A stretch of 64,000 bases of DNA, taken from positions 1,180 to 65,179 of IMG/VR virus record IMGVR_UViG_3300020202_000075. One strand, given 5' to 3'. Positions 27,386 to 36,177 of the stretch are shown one piece after another. Within the stretch, counting starts at the first letter, position 1, and the number at the start of each line of letters is the position of its first letter. Position numbers and translations under genes: made by a program. This DNA is from a virus (lineage: Duplodnaviria; Caudoviricetes). Below the pieces are notes generated by a model that did no database searches, was not told the DNA's origin, and saw only the letters and a program-made list of their open reading frames with translations.

Positions 27386-27826
27386 TACAGCCTCTCCTGA
27401 AGGCGCAGGCGAAGCAGGCGGAACCAGTCGCGCAGCCTAGTAATCAAAACCTCGGTCTCTCCCGAGCGTCACGGGGTTCCGCATTCACGGTCGCCGTTGA
27501 CCGTAACAAGGCCAGCAAGAAGAGAGGCCCACGCTGCGGACTGCGGAAATCACTCGCATCTCCAGAAGCGCGAGATGCACAAACACAGGCACAGGCTTAA
27601 GCACCGGCTGAAACTCCCTCAGCCGCTCCAAATCACCCACCTGGTAAGAAGGACCAGCCGTCAACCAGCGACGAAACCGCTCCTCCAGCAAAGAAAAAGC
27701 CGCAGCTTCCTTTCGTTCACGGATCGCTTCGGCAAAAGTACGTCCCTGCGGCTGGCCCGGTCTTAGTCTTTTTATCGCCGCGCTTGTCGGTCGCACAGCA
27801 CAGCAACAATGGACAACGTGACGGCC

Positions 27827-28132
27827 CTACGCAACCCTCCTAGGCCACCAGCACGCCCTACCAGCCCTCACCGCTCGCGCAACCTGCATGTAGCCACGCA
27901 TGTACCCGTTGTACGCAGCGCGCGTCCTACCATTCGGTGCCCGTCTCTCCGGGCCGTCAACGCCAGCAGCTTCCACTGCTACCGGGATTACCGGCTGATC
28001 GAGCGGCGTTTCCCCATTGGACTTGTTAATCGGTACGGCAGCATCTAAACGCGACGTGTTAATCGGACAACTAGCGTGCTGCCACGCTTGAGCAGGCCAG
28101 TAACTCCTTCCGCATCCGCATTCCTTCTTCAT
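27827..28132 (-). CDS. hypothetical protein between terS and terL
   Basis: CxC...HxxC N-terminus, RAAYNGYMRGYM phage motif. Confidence 0.55.
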   Translation of the reverse strand: MKKECGCGRSYWPAQAWQHASCPINTSRLDAAVPINKSNGETPLDQPVIPVAVEAAGVDGPERRAPNGRTRAAYNGYMRGYMQVARAVRAGRACWWPRRVA

Positions 28133-28169
28133 CAGCGATTAACACAATCGCAAACGTGACGATCACCTT

Positions 28170-28390
28170 CCAGATTTTTTTGCGGCGGCGACACAGAAAC
28201 AGGACAAGGGGGGAGGTAAGCAGGGAGGGGACCACGTTCAGCCGGGGGCCTCGATCTCGTCCAAGGATGGCCACCCCCCCCTACCCGCCCCCTCTGGCTA
28301 TGGAAATCAGAGACTTATGTGTTTAACATAATAGCGGTTGGTTCTCACGCACAGCACCAACCAAGCTATGACAATGACTTAGGCCAGACT
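28170..28390. other. candidate packaging-initiation/terminus region
   Basis: Non-coding, immediately 3' of terS; IHF-like site 28305-28317, C-tracts 28274-28292, T tract near 28175. Confidence 0.45.
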
Positions 28391-28391
28391 C

Positions 28392-29021
28392 CTAGACTTC
28401 ACTCGAAGGATCAGCCGAATTGCTGCACTGCTCCTCGACTATCTCCGCATCCTCGGCCTGGCTCTTACGGTCGATAAGCTCGCGAATAGACCCAACTAAG
28501 CCAGCGTCTACATTCACCGTGTTTACAGTGACTTGCGTCGGTTTCAGCCCGAATATCCTAGAGCAAATGCGCTCAAGATCCCATTGGGCCGACTTGAGCT
28601 TCTCCCTTGCGCGTGCGAGGGACAACGGGTCGGCTGCGCCCTCTATTTCTTCTTCGGCTGATTCCTTGCGGGTGATGGCTCTAGCGACCTGGGCTGCCTT
28701 CCATTCATCCTCGCATGTGACGAGCAGCCATTGGTTGAGTGCTGAGCGTGAGACGCCGAGGGATTGGGCGATGTCTGCGGAGCGTTCGTCGTTTACCAGT
28801 CGGCGGATTACATCTTGCGGGCTGGCGTTGTCTAGAGGCGCTAGGAGCCCTTTACCGTTAGCTAAGGCTCCGCGCTTAGGTCCGAGCTTCTTGCGCCCTA
28901 CGCGCTTCCTGCGAGGTTCTAGGGCCGTTCCTGCGGGTGCTTGTCCTGGCGCGGTTTCCTGAGCTTCCGCGCTACCGTCCACTTCCCGACGCTCCCGGCC
29001 ATCTGTGATGCATTGCGGCAT
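28392..29021 (-). CDS. terS: terminase small subunit
   Basis: HTH IAQSLGVSRSALNQW, ARAREKLKSAQWDLER..IFG; upstream of terL. Confidence 0.75.
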   Translation of the reverse strand: MPQCITDGRERREVDGSAEAQETAPGQAPAGTALEPRRKRVGRKKLGPKRGALANGKGLLAPLDNASPQDVIRRLVNDERSADIAQSLGVSRSALNQWLLVTCEDEWKAAQVARAITRKESAEEEIEGAADPLSLARAREKLKSAQWDLERICSRIFGLKPTQVTVNTVNVDAGLVGSIRELIDRKSQAEDAEIVEEQCSNSADPSSEV

Positions 29022-29097
29022 CGGCGACCACTAGGCGAACTATATACTTGACAAATGCATGAGGAAGGCCGATCATGGGCTTATTGGAGATAAGTCA

Positions 29098-30024
29098 ATG
29101 AGCGACCACACAGAAAAGCGGTTCATTAACGAAGAAGCGGCTCGCCAGCATCTTGAGGCTATCCGTTGGCCGAAAGGCCCGGTATGTCCGCACTGCGGCG
29201 GCGCGGATCGCCAGCACCGCATTGAGGCCAATCCTGAGAAGGGTGTCCGCGCTGGATTGCTCGCTTGCGGCCACTGCCGCCAGCAATACACCGTCACGGT
29301 TGGCACCGTGTTTGAGCGTTCCAAGATCCCCCTCCACAAGTGGCTCTACGCCAATCATCTGATGTGCGCGAGCAAGAAAGGCATTTCGAGCCTTCAACTC
29401 TCGCGCATGCTCGGAGTGACCTACAAAACTGCGTGGTTCATAACCCATCGCATCCGCGAAGCCATGACCGACATTCCTACCGGCCAACTGGGAGGCTCGG
29501 GCAAAGTCGTTGAGGCTGACGAAACCTACTGGGGCAATAAGAAAGGCGCGACGCGACACACGCAGGGCATGGAGCACAAGCAAAAAATCTTCACGCTCGT
29601 TGAGCGTGGCGGCAAGGCTCGCTCGTTCCACGTCACCACCGTCAACGGCGCGACGCTCAAGCCCATCATCCGCGCCCATGTGAAGCGCGAGAGTGCCATC
29701 CATACCGATGAGCATGGCGCGTACAACAAACTGCGGTGGGAATTCGCCAAGCATGAAACCGTCCACCACGGCGCGAAGGAATACGCTAGGGGCGATGTGA
29801 CCACCAACACCGTTGAGGGCTACTTCGCCATCCTCAAGCGCGGCCTTATCGGCACGTTCCACAACGTCAGCGAGCAACACCTGCAACGCTACGTCAATGA
29901 GTTTGACTTCCGGTACAACAACCGCCAGTCGCTCGGCGTGGATGATGCTCAACGCGCCACGGAATCCCTCAGAGGCATCAGCGGGAAACGGCTGATGTAC
30001 CGTGCCTCTGATAAACGGGCATAA
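29098..30024 (+). CDS. IS1595-family DDE transposase
   Basis: CPHCG Zn ribbon, VEADETY, IHTDE, TNTVEG, YVNEFDFRYN. Confidence 0.95.
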   Translation: MSDHTEKRFINEEAARQHLEAIRWPKGPVCPHCGGADRQHRIEANPEKGVRAGLLACGHCRQQYTVTVGTVFERSKIPLHKWLYANHLMCASKKGISSLQLSRMLGVTYKTAWFITHRIREAMTDIPTGQLGGSGKVVEADETYWGNKKGATRHTQGMEHKQKIFTLVERGGKARSFHVTTVNGATLKPIIRAHVKRESAIHTDEHGAYNKLRWEFAKHETVHHGAKEYARGDVTTNTVEGYFAILKRGLIGTFHNVSEQHLQRYVNEFDFRYNNRQSLGVDDAQRATESLRGISGKRLMYRASDKRA

Positions 30025-30570
30025 GTGGACGAAGTCAAAAAACATCGGGTTTCCAAACTTGACGCTGCGAAGCGGCAGTTGGATTGCGCCATTGGCCTTT
30101 GGTTTGAAGAAAAAGATGAAATCTCGACTCATACGCTCGTCGGGGCGGCGTACCAAATAATCCACGACTTGAACAAGAAGCGCGGCGGCAAAGACCTGCT
30201 CTTTGACGCCGACTTCATCAAGGATGAATACCGCAAGGAAGTGCGCGAATTCATGCGCAAAGATTTCATGTTCTTCAAACACGCGGACCACGATCCCGAC
30301 GGCGTTACCGAGTTTGTGCCCGTGGGTACCTTGCTATTCATTCTGTGCGGTATCCAAACCCTGCGGAATATGGGCGAGCGAATGTCCGATATCCAGTCCA
30401 TCTTTGCCGCCTGGATGTTGTTCAACAAACCCGAGTGGGTTAGCCCGCAACACTTGGCCGCAGTCAGGGACGCCATTCCAATCGAATATCGGGCCGGTAT
30501 AACGAGCCTGAGCAAGCAGGACTTTTTGCAGCTCTGCCAGCAAGGTCTCTCGATCAAACGCGCCCATTAA
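30025..30570 (+). CDS. IS passenger protein, possibly HEPN-like
   Basis: KLDAAKRQLDCAI...HTLVGAA...FFKHADHD. Confidence 0.7.
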   Translation: MDEVKKHRVSKLDAAKRQLDCAIGLWFEEKDEISTHTLVGAAYQIIHDLNKKRGGKDLLFDADFIKDEYRKEVREFMRKDFMFFKHADHDPDGVTEFVPVGTLLFILCGIQTLRNMGERMSDIQSIFAAWMLFNKPEWVSPQHLAAVRDAIPIEYRAGITSLSKQDFLQLCQQGLSIKRAH

Positions 30571-30577
30571 ATCGCCC

Positions 30578-30700
30578 ATGAAAAAAGACAAACCGACGCA
30601 ACCATTGCCGCGCGAGGATGACGTGCTACGCCGCATGCTCTCCATGCCGCCGAAACCGCACGTCGAAAAGAAAGCCAAGAAGCCACCCAAGAAACGCTAA
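30578..30700 (+). CDS. small basic IS passenger peptide (40 aa)
   Basis: Manual translation ..EDDVLRRMLSMPPKPH.. lysine-rich tail. Confidence 0.55.
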   Translation: MKKDKPTQPLPREDDVLRRMLSMPPKPHVEKKAKKPPKKR

Positions 30701-30711
30701 CAGGAGGGGAT

Positions 30712-30945
30712 ATGCCTACCGTTGAGGATGTTCCTTGCCCTTGCTGCAACAAAGTCCTGTATCGCGCTGTAAAGCATGAGAACGGTTTGACCACGCGACA
30801 GGACACAACGCAGCCGCTAGGGAATGACGTGAATGGCGACTTCATGACGTGCCCTCATTGCCGGAAACGCATAGCTCTAGAGAATTGGATTGGTCCGGGC
30901 GGGCTAGCAAGTTTGCGTGTCTCGCAAGATCAAGACTGCGCGTGA
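30712..30945 (+). CDS. Zn-ribbon IS passenger protein
   Basis: GGAGG RBS; CPCC...CPHC. Confidence 0.65.
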   Translation: MPTVEDVPCPCCNKVLYRAVKHENGLTTRQDTTQPLGNDVNGDFMTCPHCRKRIALENWIGPGGLASLRVSQDQDCA

Positions 30946-31279
30946 GTTCGGCATCCGTGAACCGACCATGCCTCTGGCAGTAAAAGCCATCCCGATCCGC
31001 CATCAATTCCATCCACCGGCCCCCATCCAAGACACAACGTGGGCAAGCAGAAATACCCGGCCTGTCAGGAGCCACTGTGCTCGCCGCTCCCCGCGTTTGT
31101 CAAGTATATAGTTCGCACCACTAGGGGTTGTGGGGCGGGCCTTGGAATGATCGGCCGAGCTGGCAGGCTGGTACTCGCTGCGCCGCGATGCCCGGTTGCC
31201 GTCGCATTGCCGTCCACGCGCGTATCCGCTTTCGTGCCTGCCATCCCCTGAAACAATGGACTAAGTGACGATGGGACGC

Positions 31280-31344
31280 TATACACACTTATTTTCAGAT
31301 TTATTGACCTAGATCAATTCCTGTAAGCTTTGAGTGTGTATACT
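31280..31344 (+). promoter_or_regulatory. promoter with FNR/CRP-family-like box and inverted-repeat operator
   Basis: TTGAC-CTAG-ATCAA 31304-31317; TATACT 31339-31344; TATACACACT (31280-31289)/AGTGTGTATA (31333-31342). Confidence 0.6.
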
Positions 31345-31394
31345 GCTATCCACGCCCTACTGCAATAGGGCCTTACCTCGGAGGGAAATACCAG

Positions 31395-31586
31395 ATGGAC
31401 GCAAACCAAGTAATCGAGCTAGCCCGTCAACACATGGGCAAGAATTCATCCGCTCGCTTGGCGCTCATGGATGCCATGACGCTGAACGACAAGGGGCGCT
31501 GCTCGGACGCTAAGAAGCGCGCCCTTGACTCCCTTAAGCATAGCGTCGGCATCTTCCACGACGACTACCGCAAGGCCAGCATCTAA
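31395..31586 (+). CDS. hypothetical protein
   Basis: GGAGG RBS; RALDSLKHSVGIFH.DY. Confidence 0.75.
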   Translation: MDANQVIELARQHMGKNSSARLALMDAMTLNDKGRCSDAKKRALDSLKHSVGIFHDDYRKASI

Positions 31587-31627
31587 CCGCCCGCTGCAAC
31601 GGGCATACATAAACCGGAGGGAATTAC

Positions 31628-32002
31628 ATGATCTCGAATATCCGCAGGAACATCATGGGCACGACCAGTTTTGACGGGATGTTTCCGGGCATGCGCAAGC
31701 CGCAGGACTTCATCGTCTACCCGCTGCACCAAGGCAATGAGGCGACGCACGCCAAGGTGCAGAGTGATACGCGAATCGGCATGATCGACCTTGGCAACGG
31801 CCAAGTCATCATGAGCCCGCCGCGCGCTGGTGGGGCGTATGGGGTTCATCTGGCGCAAGCCAAGGCCGCCGGCAAGCTTTCCGCCGAGGAGCTGCTTATG
31901 CTCAAGGCCGCGATCTTCGCCAGCGCGCACGGCAAGGCGGGGACTAACGGCATCGTCTACACAGACAACAGCGCTGCGCTGGAGGTTTTCAAGCAAGCGT
32001 AA
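31628..32002 (+). CDS. hypothetical protein
   Basis: GGAGG RBS, 124 aa. Confidence 0.75.
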   Translation: MISNIRRNIMGTTSFDGMFPGMRKPQDFIVYPLHQGNEATHAKVQSDTRIGMIDLGNGQVIMSPPRAGGAYGVHLAQAKAAGKLSAEELLMLKAAIFASAHGKAGTNGIVYTDNSAALEVFKQA

Positions 32003-32084
32003 ATCGCGCCCCGGCCAGCCTGCAAGCTGACCGGGACGACTTCCCCACAGCGCCGGAGGGCGCGCTAGTAGAGCGAAAGGGATT

Positions 32085-32393
32085 ATGGAAACTAATCTGG
32101 AGTGGATCAAGCTACTGAGAAGCGAGCGCACCGCGATAGGGGCTTTCGAGTGCGATGTATGGCGTATTGGCGGCGGGGCCCGTTACACGGTGCTCGACAC
32201 CGAAACCGGCTGTTACCTTGACGGCGGCGAAAGCCACTCCTTGGCGAGCGCGAAGGGAATGGCGCTCCGTGTAGCGAACGCGGCATACCACCTTATCCAA
32301 ACCCGCGGCAAGACGGTGTGCCCTCAATGCGTAGCGAATAGTCAAGCCAAGTGCCAAGACCGCGACGCCCTCGCTGCCAAGGGGGAAGCGTGA
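32085..32393 (+). CDS. hypothetical protein
   Basis: RBS; coupled to next gene. Confidence 0.6.
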   Translation: METNLEWIKLLRSERTAIGAFECDVWRIGGGARYTVLDTETGCYLDGGESHSLASAKGMALRVANAAYHLIQTRGKTVCPQCVANSQAKCQDRDALAAKGEA

Positions 32394-32614
32394 GCACTCG
32401 ATTCCCTGTCGGCGGCCCCCGCGAACCTGTCTATGCCTTCCTGCGCGAGCACGGATTCACCATGTCAAACCGCAGCGATAAGGAATGGCATCGCCTCGAC
32501 GGCATGAAGGTGCATATCTACGGCGCCGGTTCCAAGGCGCGAGTAGTTGACCATAGCGGCGCCCTGCTAGCCGACGATGAACTTGAAGTCGCCATGCGCG
32601 CCACCCGTCCATGA
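32390..32614 (+). CDS. hypothetical protein
   Basis: GTGA overlap; 74 aa. Confidence 0.6.
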   Translation: MSTRFPVGGPREPVYAFLREHGFTMSNRSDKEWHRLDGMKVHIYGAGSKARVVDHSGALLADDELEVAMRATRP

Positions 32615-32805
32615 AACCCGCCAAGCCCAAAAAAGGCCCGCCCTTTCGCCTGGAAGGGGGCAAGAGGGTTAACGTGTACCTAGACGCCCCGACACTGGCA
32701 AAGGCTGAAATCATCGGCGGCGGCAAGGTTTCGATTGGGCTTAGAGTAGCCGTTGCCAAGTACCGCCTACGTCCACTTCCGCCCAAGGTGCCGTCCGACC
32801 GTTGA
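32611..32805 (+). CDS. ribbon-helix-helix-like DNA-binding protein
   Basis: GGKRVNVYLD...A..IGGGKVS.GLR.AV. Confidence 0.7.
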   Translation: MKPAKPKKGPPFRLEGGKRVNVYLDAPTLAKAEIIGGGKVSIGLRVAVAKYRLRPLPPKVPSDR

Positions 32806-32991
32806 CTTGCTAACTCCCGTTGCCTCCGCGATCTCGGCCATAGTCTTACCCTCGGCATCTAAACGCTGTATCCAGCGCTTGAGCCACAAGGTTCCGCCAC
32901 TCTCGGGTTCTTTTTGCTTGTGGGTCCGTATCCGGTCCTGCATCTGGGACCACAGCCTGAACGCTGCTCTTTGCGCGAGGGTTTGGCTCAT
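32767..32991 (-). CDS. HTH protein
   Basis: GKTMAEIAEATGVSKSTVGRHL. Confidence 0.75.
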   Translation of the reverse strand: MSQTLAQRAAFRLWSQMQDRIRTHKQKEPESGGTLWLKRWIQRLDAEGKTMAEIAEATGVSKSTVGRHLGRKWT

Positions 32992-33311
32992 GCCGGGATC
33001 TCGGCTAATAGCATCCGCTCGCGCCGGGCCCTCTCCGCATTGCTCGGCCTGCCCCGCTTGAATCCCTCGCCCCTAAAGCCCGTCCTCCGGGGTTGCTGAC
33101 TCTCCCAACTGTGAGACCTCTCCGCGTACACCCCTTGCGTTGATCTGTACCAGTCGCAGTCTGAGATGGATGGCACGGACAACTGCCGACCTATCAGCTT
33201 CCCCCGGTAGAAAATCCTATGGGTTAGAAACGCTGGGTTGGTTTCCAAGGGCAAAGCTACGATTGCGTAATCCCCGAGCTGGTACGTTCTGCTTGTGCTT
33301 GTCGGAAGCAT
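32988..33311 (-). CDS. hypothetical protein
   Basis: GAAGGAG RBS; coupled to HTH gene. Confidence 0.55.
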   Translation of the reverse strand: MLPTSTSRTYQLGDYAIVALPLETNPAFLTHRIFYRGKLIGRQLSVPSISDCDWYRSTQGVYAERSHSWESQQPRRTGFRGEGFKRGRPSNAERARRERMLLAEIPA

Positions 33312-33618
33312 CTTTTTCTTCTCTCCTTCGCCTGCGGTATTCACGATTCTTAGCGTTGATGTACTCGCGCCGGTACGGGTTGCGGGCATAGAACGCGCGG
33401 TCCGTCTCTCTCCTGCGGGGCTTGTACGCTTCTCGCCTAGCCTTACCCTTCTCGCTTGCTTCGTATCGCTTCTGCGCCTCGCGGTTAACAGCCCTTCCCT
33501 TGGCACTGCGGTAATAGCGATAGTCCGACGCCTTGCGCCTTCCCTCGGGGGTGGAGAGATCAAAGGTCCGCGTAGGAGTGCGCTTGATTAGACCTAGAGG
33601 AGCGGCTATCCAGGTCAT
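33217..33618 (-). CDS. basic Arg/Tyr-rich helical protein
   Basis: Repeated RY..S.KG motifs resembling HNH DNA-binding arms; ATGA overlap. Confidence 0.55.
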   Translation of the reverse strand: MTWIAAPLGLIKRTPTRTFDLSTPEGRRKASDYRYYRSAKGRAVNREAQKRYEASEKGKARREAYKPRRRETDRAFYARNPYRREYINAKNREYRRRRREEKDASDKHKQNVPARGLRNRSFALGNQPSVSNP

Positions 33619-33869
33619 CCCACGATTTCCTTAAGCGCTTGTTCAGGCCCGCGAACGATGTGGACTTTCCCCGGCCATCTGGCGATAAATTCGACCTGCT
33701 GCTTTGTAAGGCGCCCGTCCTCGCCCTTCACTTCAACCAACGCCGTCTCGCCGCGATGGCACACAAGCAAATCCAAGGGGAGCCCGATGATCTCTACTGA
33801 GACACCGCAGCGTCTAAGAGCCTCGACTACCTCGGCCTGGTTCGCGTCCACCTTCGCAGCGCGCCTCAT
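33615..33869 (-). CDS. VRR-NUC/PD-(D/E)xK nuclease
   Basis: RRAAKVDANQ, DLLV..LVEVK..GRLT..Q. Confidence 0.85.
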   Translation of the reverse strand: MRRAAKVDANQAEVVEALRRCGVSVEIIGLPLDLLVCHRGETALVEVKGEDGRLTKQQVEFIARWPGKVHIVRGPEQALKEIVG

Positions 33870-34129
33870 CGCGGCTTTCTCCGCCCCCTCTCGCGCGCAT
33901 AGGTGAACTCGTCAGCCTCATCCGCCGCAATGATGTAAGCCTTATCTAGCCTCGGGGATAACGCGATGACGATTTCATGCCCTGCAGCCCTGCCGTAGCG
34001 CTTGCACATTTGCTTGAAGCGCTTGCGGTCCTGCTCGGTTGAAAGATTGGTCCGCCACGGCAAAGTGTCGTCAGGCTGCATCGCCATGATTTCGGCCAGC
34101 AAGTCCTTATCCTTCGGCGGCACCGGCAT
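33866..34129 (-). CDS. hypothetical protein
   Basis: Coupled in late-early operon. Confidence 0.6.
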   Translation of the reverse strand: MPVPPKDKDLLAEIMAMQPDDTLPWRTNLSTEQDRKRFKQMCKRYGRAAGHEIVIALSPRLDKAYIIAADEADEFTYARERGRRKPR

Positions 34130-34135
34130 GGAGCA

Positions 34136-34459
34136 TCACCGAATCGTTGCCTCCGCGCGCCTTGTAGACTCCCTGGTGCGCATCAACTCGGCCCACATCT
34201 TCCCGGTCTCAAACTTCACCTTCGCGCGATTGGCTTCCTTACGCGCGGCAACCATCTTAGTTACGTGGAGCTTGTAGGAGGGATCGGCTAACGCCTGCAT
34301 TTCCTTAGCGGCCTGCGAGCCTTCGCACTTCAACATGATCTCTGCGAGGATTGTTTTTCTCGTTTCCTCTAAGACATTCGCGGCAGCGTCTAGTTCTGCC
34401 CATTCCTCGCCTACCTCGACTAAGCGAGTGCGAATGCGGTCAGGATCGAAGTCGGTCAT
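34136..34459 (-). CDS. helical protein, UvsY-like recombination mediator candidate
   Basis: WAELDAAANVLEETRK...E.QALADPSY pattern. Confidence 0.6.
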   Translation of the reverse strand: MTDFDPDRIRTRLVEVGEEWAELDAAANVLEETRKTILAEIMLKCEGSQAAKEMQALADPSYKLHVTKMVAARKEANRAKVKFETGKMWAELMRTRESTRRAEATIR

Positions 34460-34665
34460 GCCTGCGGAATCTTCCTGCCCACGTTTGCTATGTAGGCGTT
34501 GAGCAATTCCCACCCCGGCGTGAAACTCGGCGTCTTATCCCCGCGCAGCCATTGCGTAACAGCGGACTCGCACACCCCGCAATGACTGGCGATGTCCTTC
34601 ACCGTGCAATCGGTGGCCGCGATCACTTGCCTAACCACCAACGGCCAGTTTGGTTTCATCTTCAA
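34456..34665 (-). CDS. XRE-type HTH protein
   Basis: TVKDIASHCGVCESAVTQWLRG..PSF. Confidence 0.75.
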   Translation of the reverse strand: MKMKPNWPLVVRQVIAATDCTVKDIASHCGVCESAVTQWLRGDKTPSFTPGWELLNAYIANVGRKIPQA

Positions 34666-34831
34666 GCCTCACGTAACACGGCGCACCCTCGGGCTGCTTC
34701 TCACCGAGCTTGAATCCGTTTTCCTCAACGTACAGAACCGTCACCTGATCCTCCCCGAACACCTCGCGCATCTTCCTCACGAACGCCGCGCATTGCGGGG
34801 CGCGCTGGTGGTTAGAAGTCTTGAGCGTCAT
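34631..34831 (-). CDS. hypothetical protein
   Basis: PQCAAFV..MREVFG...ENG...G phage motif. Confidence 0.6.
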   Translation of the reverse strand: MTLKTSNHQRAPQCAAFVRKMREVFGEDQVTVLYVEENGFKLGEKQPEGAPCYVRLEDETKLAVGG

Positions 34832-35768
34832 TCCAAAACTTCATCGGGTGAACGTCCTCGATGAACTGCCTCGCGCCTTCGTGCCATCCGAAGCCCAAAC
34901 TGCCGAGCCAGTTCACGCGGCCCCTTTGCTTTTCCACCTTGAGCACCGCTTGCGGATTAGCGGGGTCTTTGCGTTGCACGTCACGCCACACGACGAACAC
35001 GTAATCCGCCTTGGAGCCGATCTCATGCCCGCCAGAAATGTCGTGCAGCGTTCCAGGCTGTTCATCACCACCTTTGCCGTCACGCTTTCGCATGTGGGCA
35101 ACGAGATGAACGGTTACGCCAGTGTCCTTGGCAACTGCCTTAAGCTCGCCGACAAAACGCGCCTGCGCCTCGTAATCGTCACGGTCGAGCGCAAGCATCA
35201 TCAGCGAGTCAACGACAACCTGCGTGATGTTCAGCTCGCTTGCTGCGTATCGAATCACCGCGATCATCCTGCGCGGATTGATCTGGCCTTGCTGGTCGTA
35301 GAGCCACAACTTCCCACTGACGAAATCGACGTAGCGGTTCAAGTCCTTCAGCGGCGGATTGCGGTCGTTGCAGGCAATCCATGCCATGTCTTTCCAGACT
35401 TCTAGGACTTCCTCTTCCATCGACGCAACGAGAGGCTTTTCGCTTTGCGCGATGCCGTGAAGCATGAGCTGCTTAAGCAGTTGCGTCTTGCCGTGGCGCG
35501 ACCACCCAGCCCATATTGCGAGCTTGCCGGGACGGATCAGGACACGGCCCTTTGCTTTCTCCCACGGCAGCGTGAGCCCTGGTTCTGCTTCATCACCAAG
35601 CAGCATCGACGCCTTGCCGCGCTCAGCAAGCGCTTCAGCAGGGATGATTCGCGTGCGGTCGTCAGGAGCCATCCAGCGGTCCCAATCAATCGCCTCGCCA
35701 TGCACAACCTCCATGTGCCGGCGAGCGGCCTGATCCAGAAACGCGGCCCCTCGATCAGCGCTTGGCAT
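34812..35768 (-). CDS. DnaB/Twinkle-like replicative helicase
   Basis: GWSRHGKT Walker A, SMEE, VVVDSL, HLVAHMRK, KQR. Confidence 0.9.
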   Translation of the reverse strand: MPSADRGAAFLDQAARRHMEVVHGEAIDWDRWMAPDDRTRIIPAEALAERGKASMLLGDEAEPGLTLPWEKAKGRVLIRPGKLAIWAGWSRHGKTQLLKQLMLHGIAQSEKPLVASMEEEVLEVWKDMAWIACNDRNPPLKDLNRYVDFVSGKLWLYDQQGQINPRRMIAVIRYAASELNITQVVVDSLMMLALDRDDYEAQARFVGELKAVAKDTGVTVHLVAHMRKRDGKGGDEQPGTLHDISGGHEIGSKADYVFVVWRDVQRKDPANPQAVLKVEKQRGRVNWLGSLGFGWHEGARQFIEDVHPMKFWNDAQDF

Positions 35769-36177
35769 TCGCTACCTCCGAGGCTTCGCGGATACGCATG
35801 ATCGCAACGCGCATACGCTCGCGGTCGGACTCGGGAACGTCCTTCCCGGCCTCGATGTCATGCGCGACGATTGCCACAATCCGGCATTCGTTCGTCAGCG
35901 ATTCGAGGATGTCTGCCGCAGGGAACGGACGATGAATCGCGGGCTTGAAATCGTCCGCCTGCTTCGGCGGGAACCACGGCTCATAGCCCAGACCGACAGC
36001 CGCAACGATCTCCGCGAAGCTGCATTGCGCGTGGCAGTAGACCACTATGCGCCCATCGTCTGCGGCATGGATCGAAAGGCTCGGACTGCGATCGTCGTGA
36101 GCTGGGCAGCACGCAAGCCAGTTGTTGCGGCCGGTGCGCTTGACCTTCTCCAGCCGCGAAAGGATGTCATCGATCAT
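35755..36177 (-). CDS. primase zinc-binding-domain protein
   Basis: CCPAHDDRSPSLSI...CHAQC (CHC2-like). Confidence 0.85.
   Translation of the reverse strand: MIDDILSRLEKVKRTGRNNWLACCPAHDDRSPSLSIHAADDGRIVVYCHAQCSFAEIVAAVGLGYEPWFPPKQADDFKPAIHRPFPAADILESLTNECRIVAIVAHDIEAGKDVPESDRERMRVAIMRIREASEVANAKR

Larger units (their letters stand above)
29035..31116 (+). mobile_element. IS1595-family element with three passenger genes
   Basis: 24-bp TIRs GCGAACTATATACTTGACAAA(T/C)GC (29035-29058, 31093-31116); 8-bp TSD ACCACTAG at 29027-29034 and 31117-31124. Confidence 0.95.

Noticed and set aside
29095-30291. 398-aa minus-strand ORF
   Set aside because: Antisense shadow of the IS1595 transposase and its cargo gene
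31065-31286. Gene interrupted by the IS
   Set aside because: The reconstructed empty site gives only a ~60-aa low-complexity frame, and the terS frame has a stop just upstream, so no clear disruption
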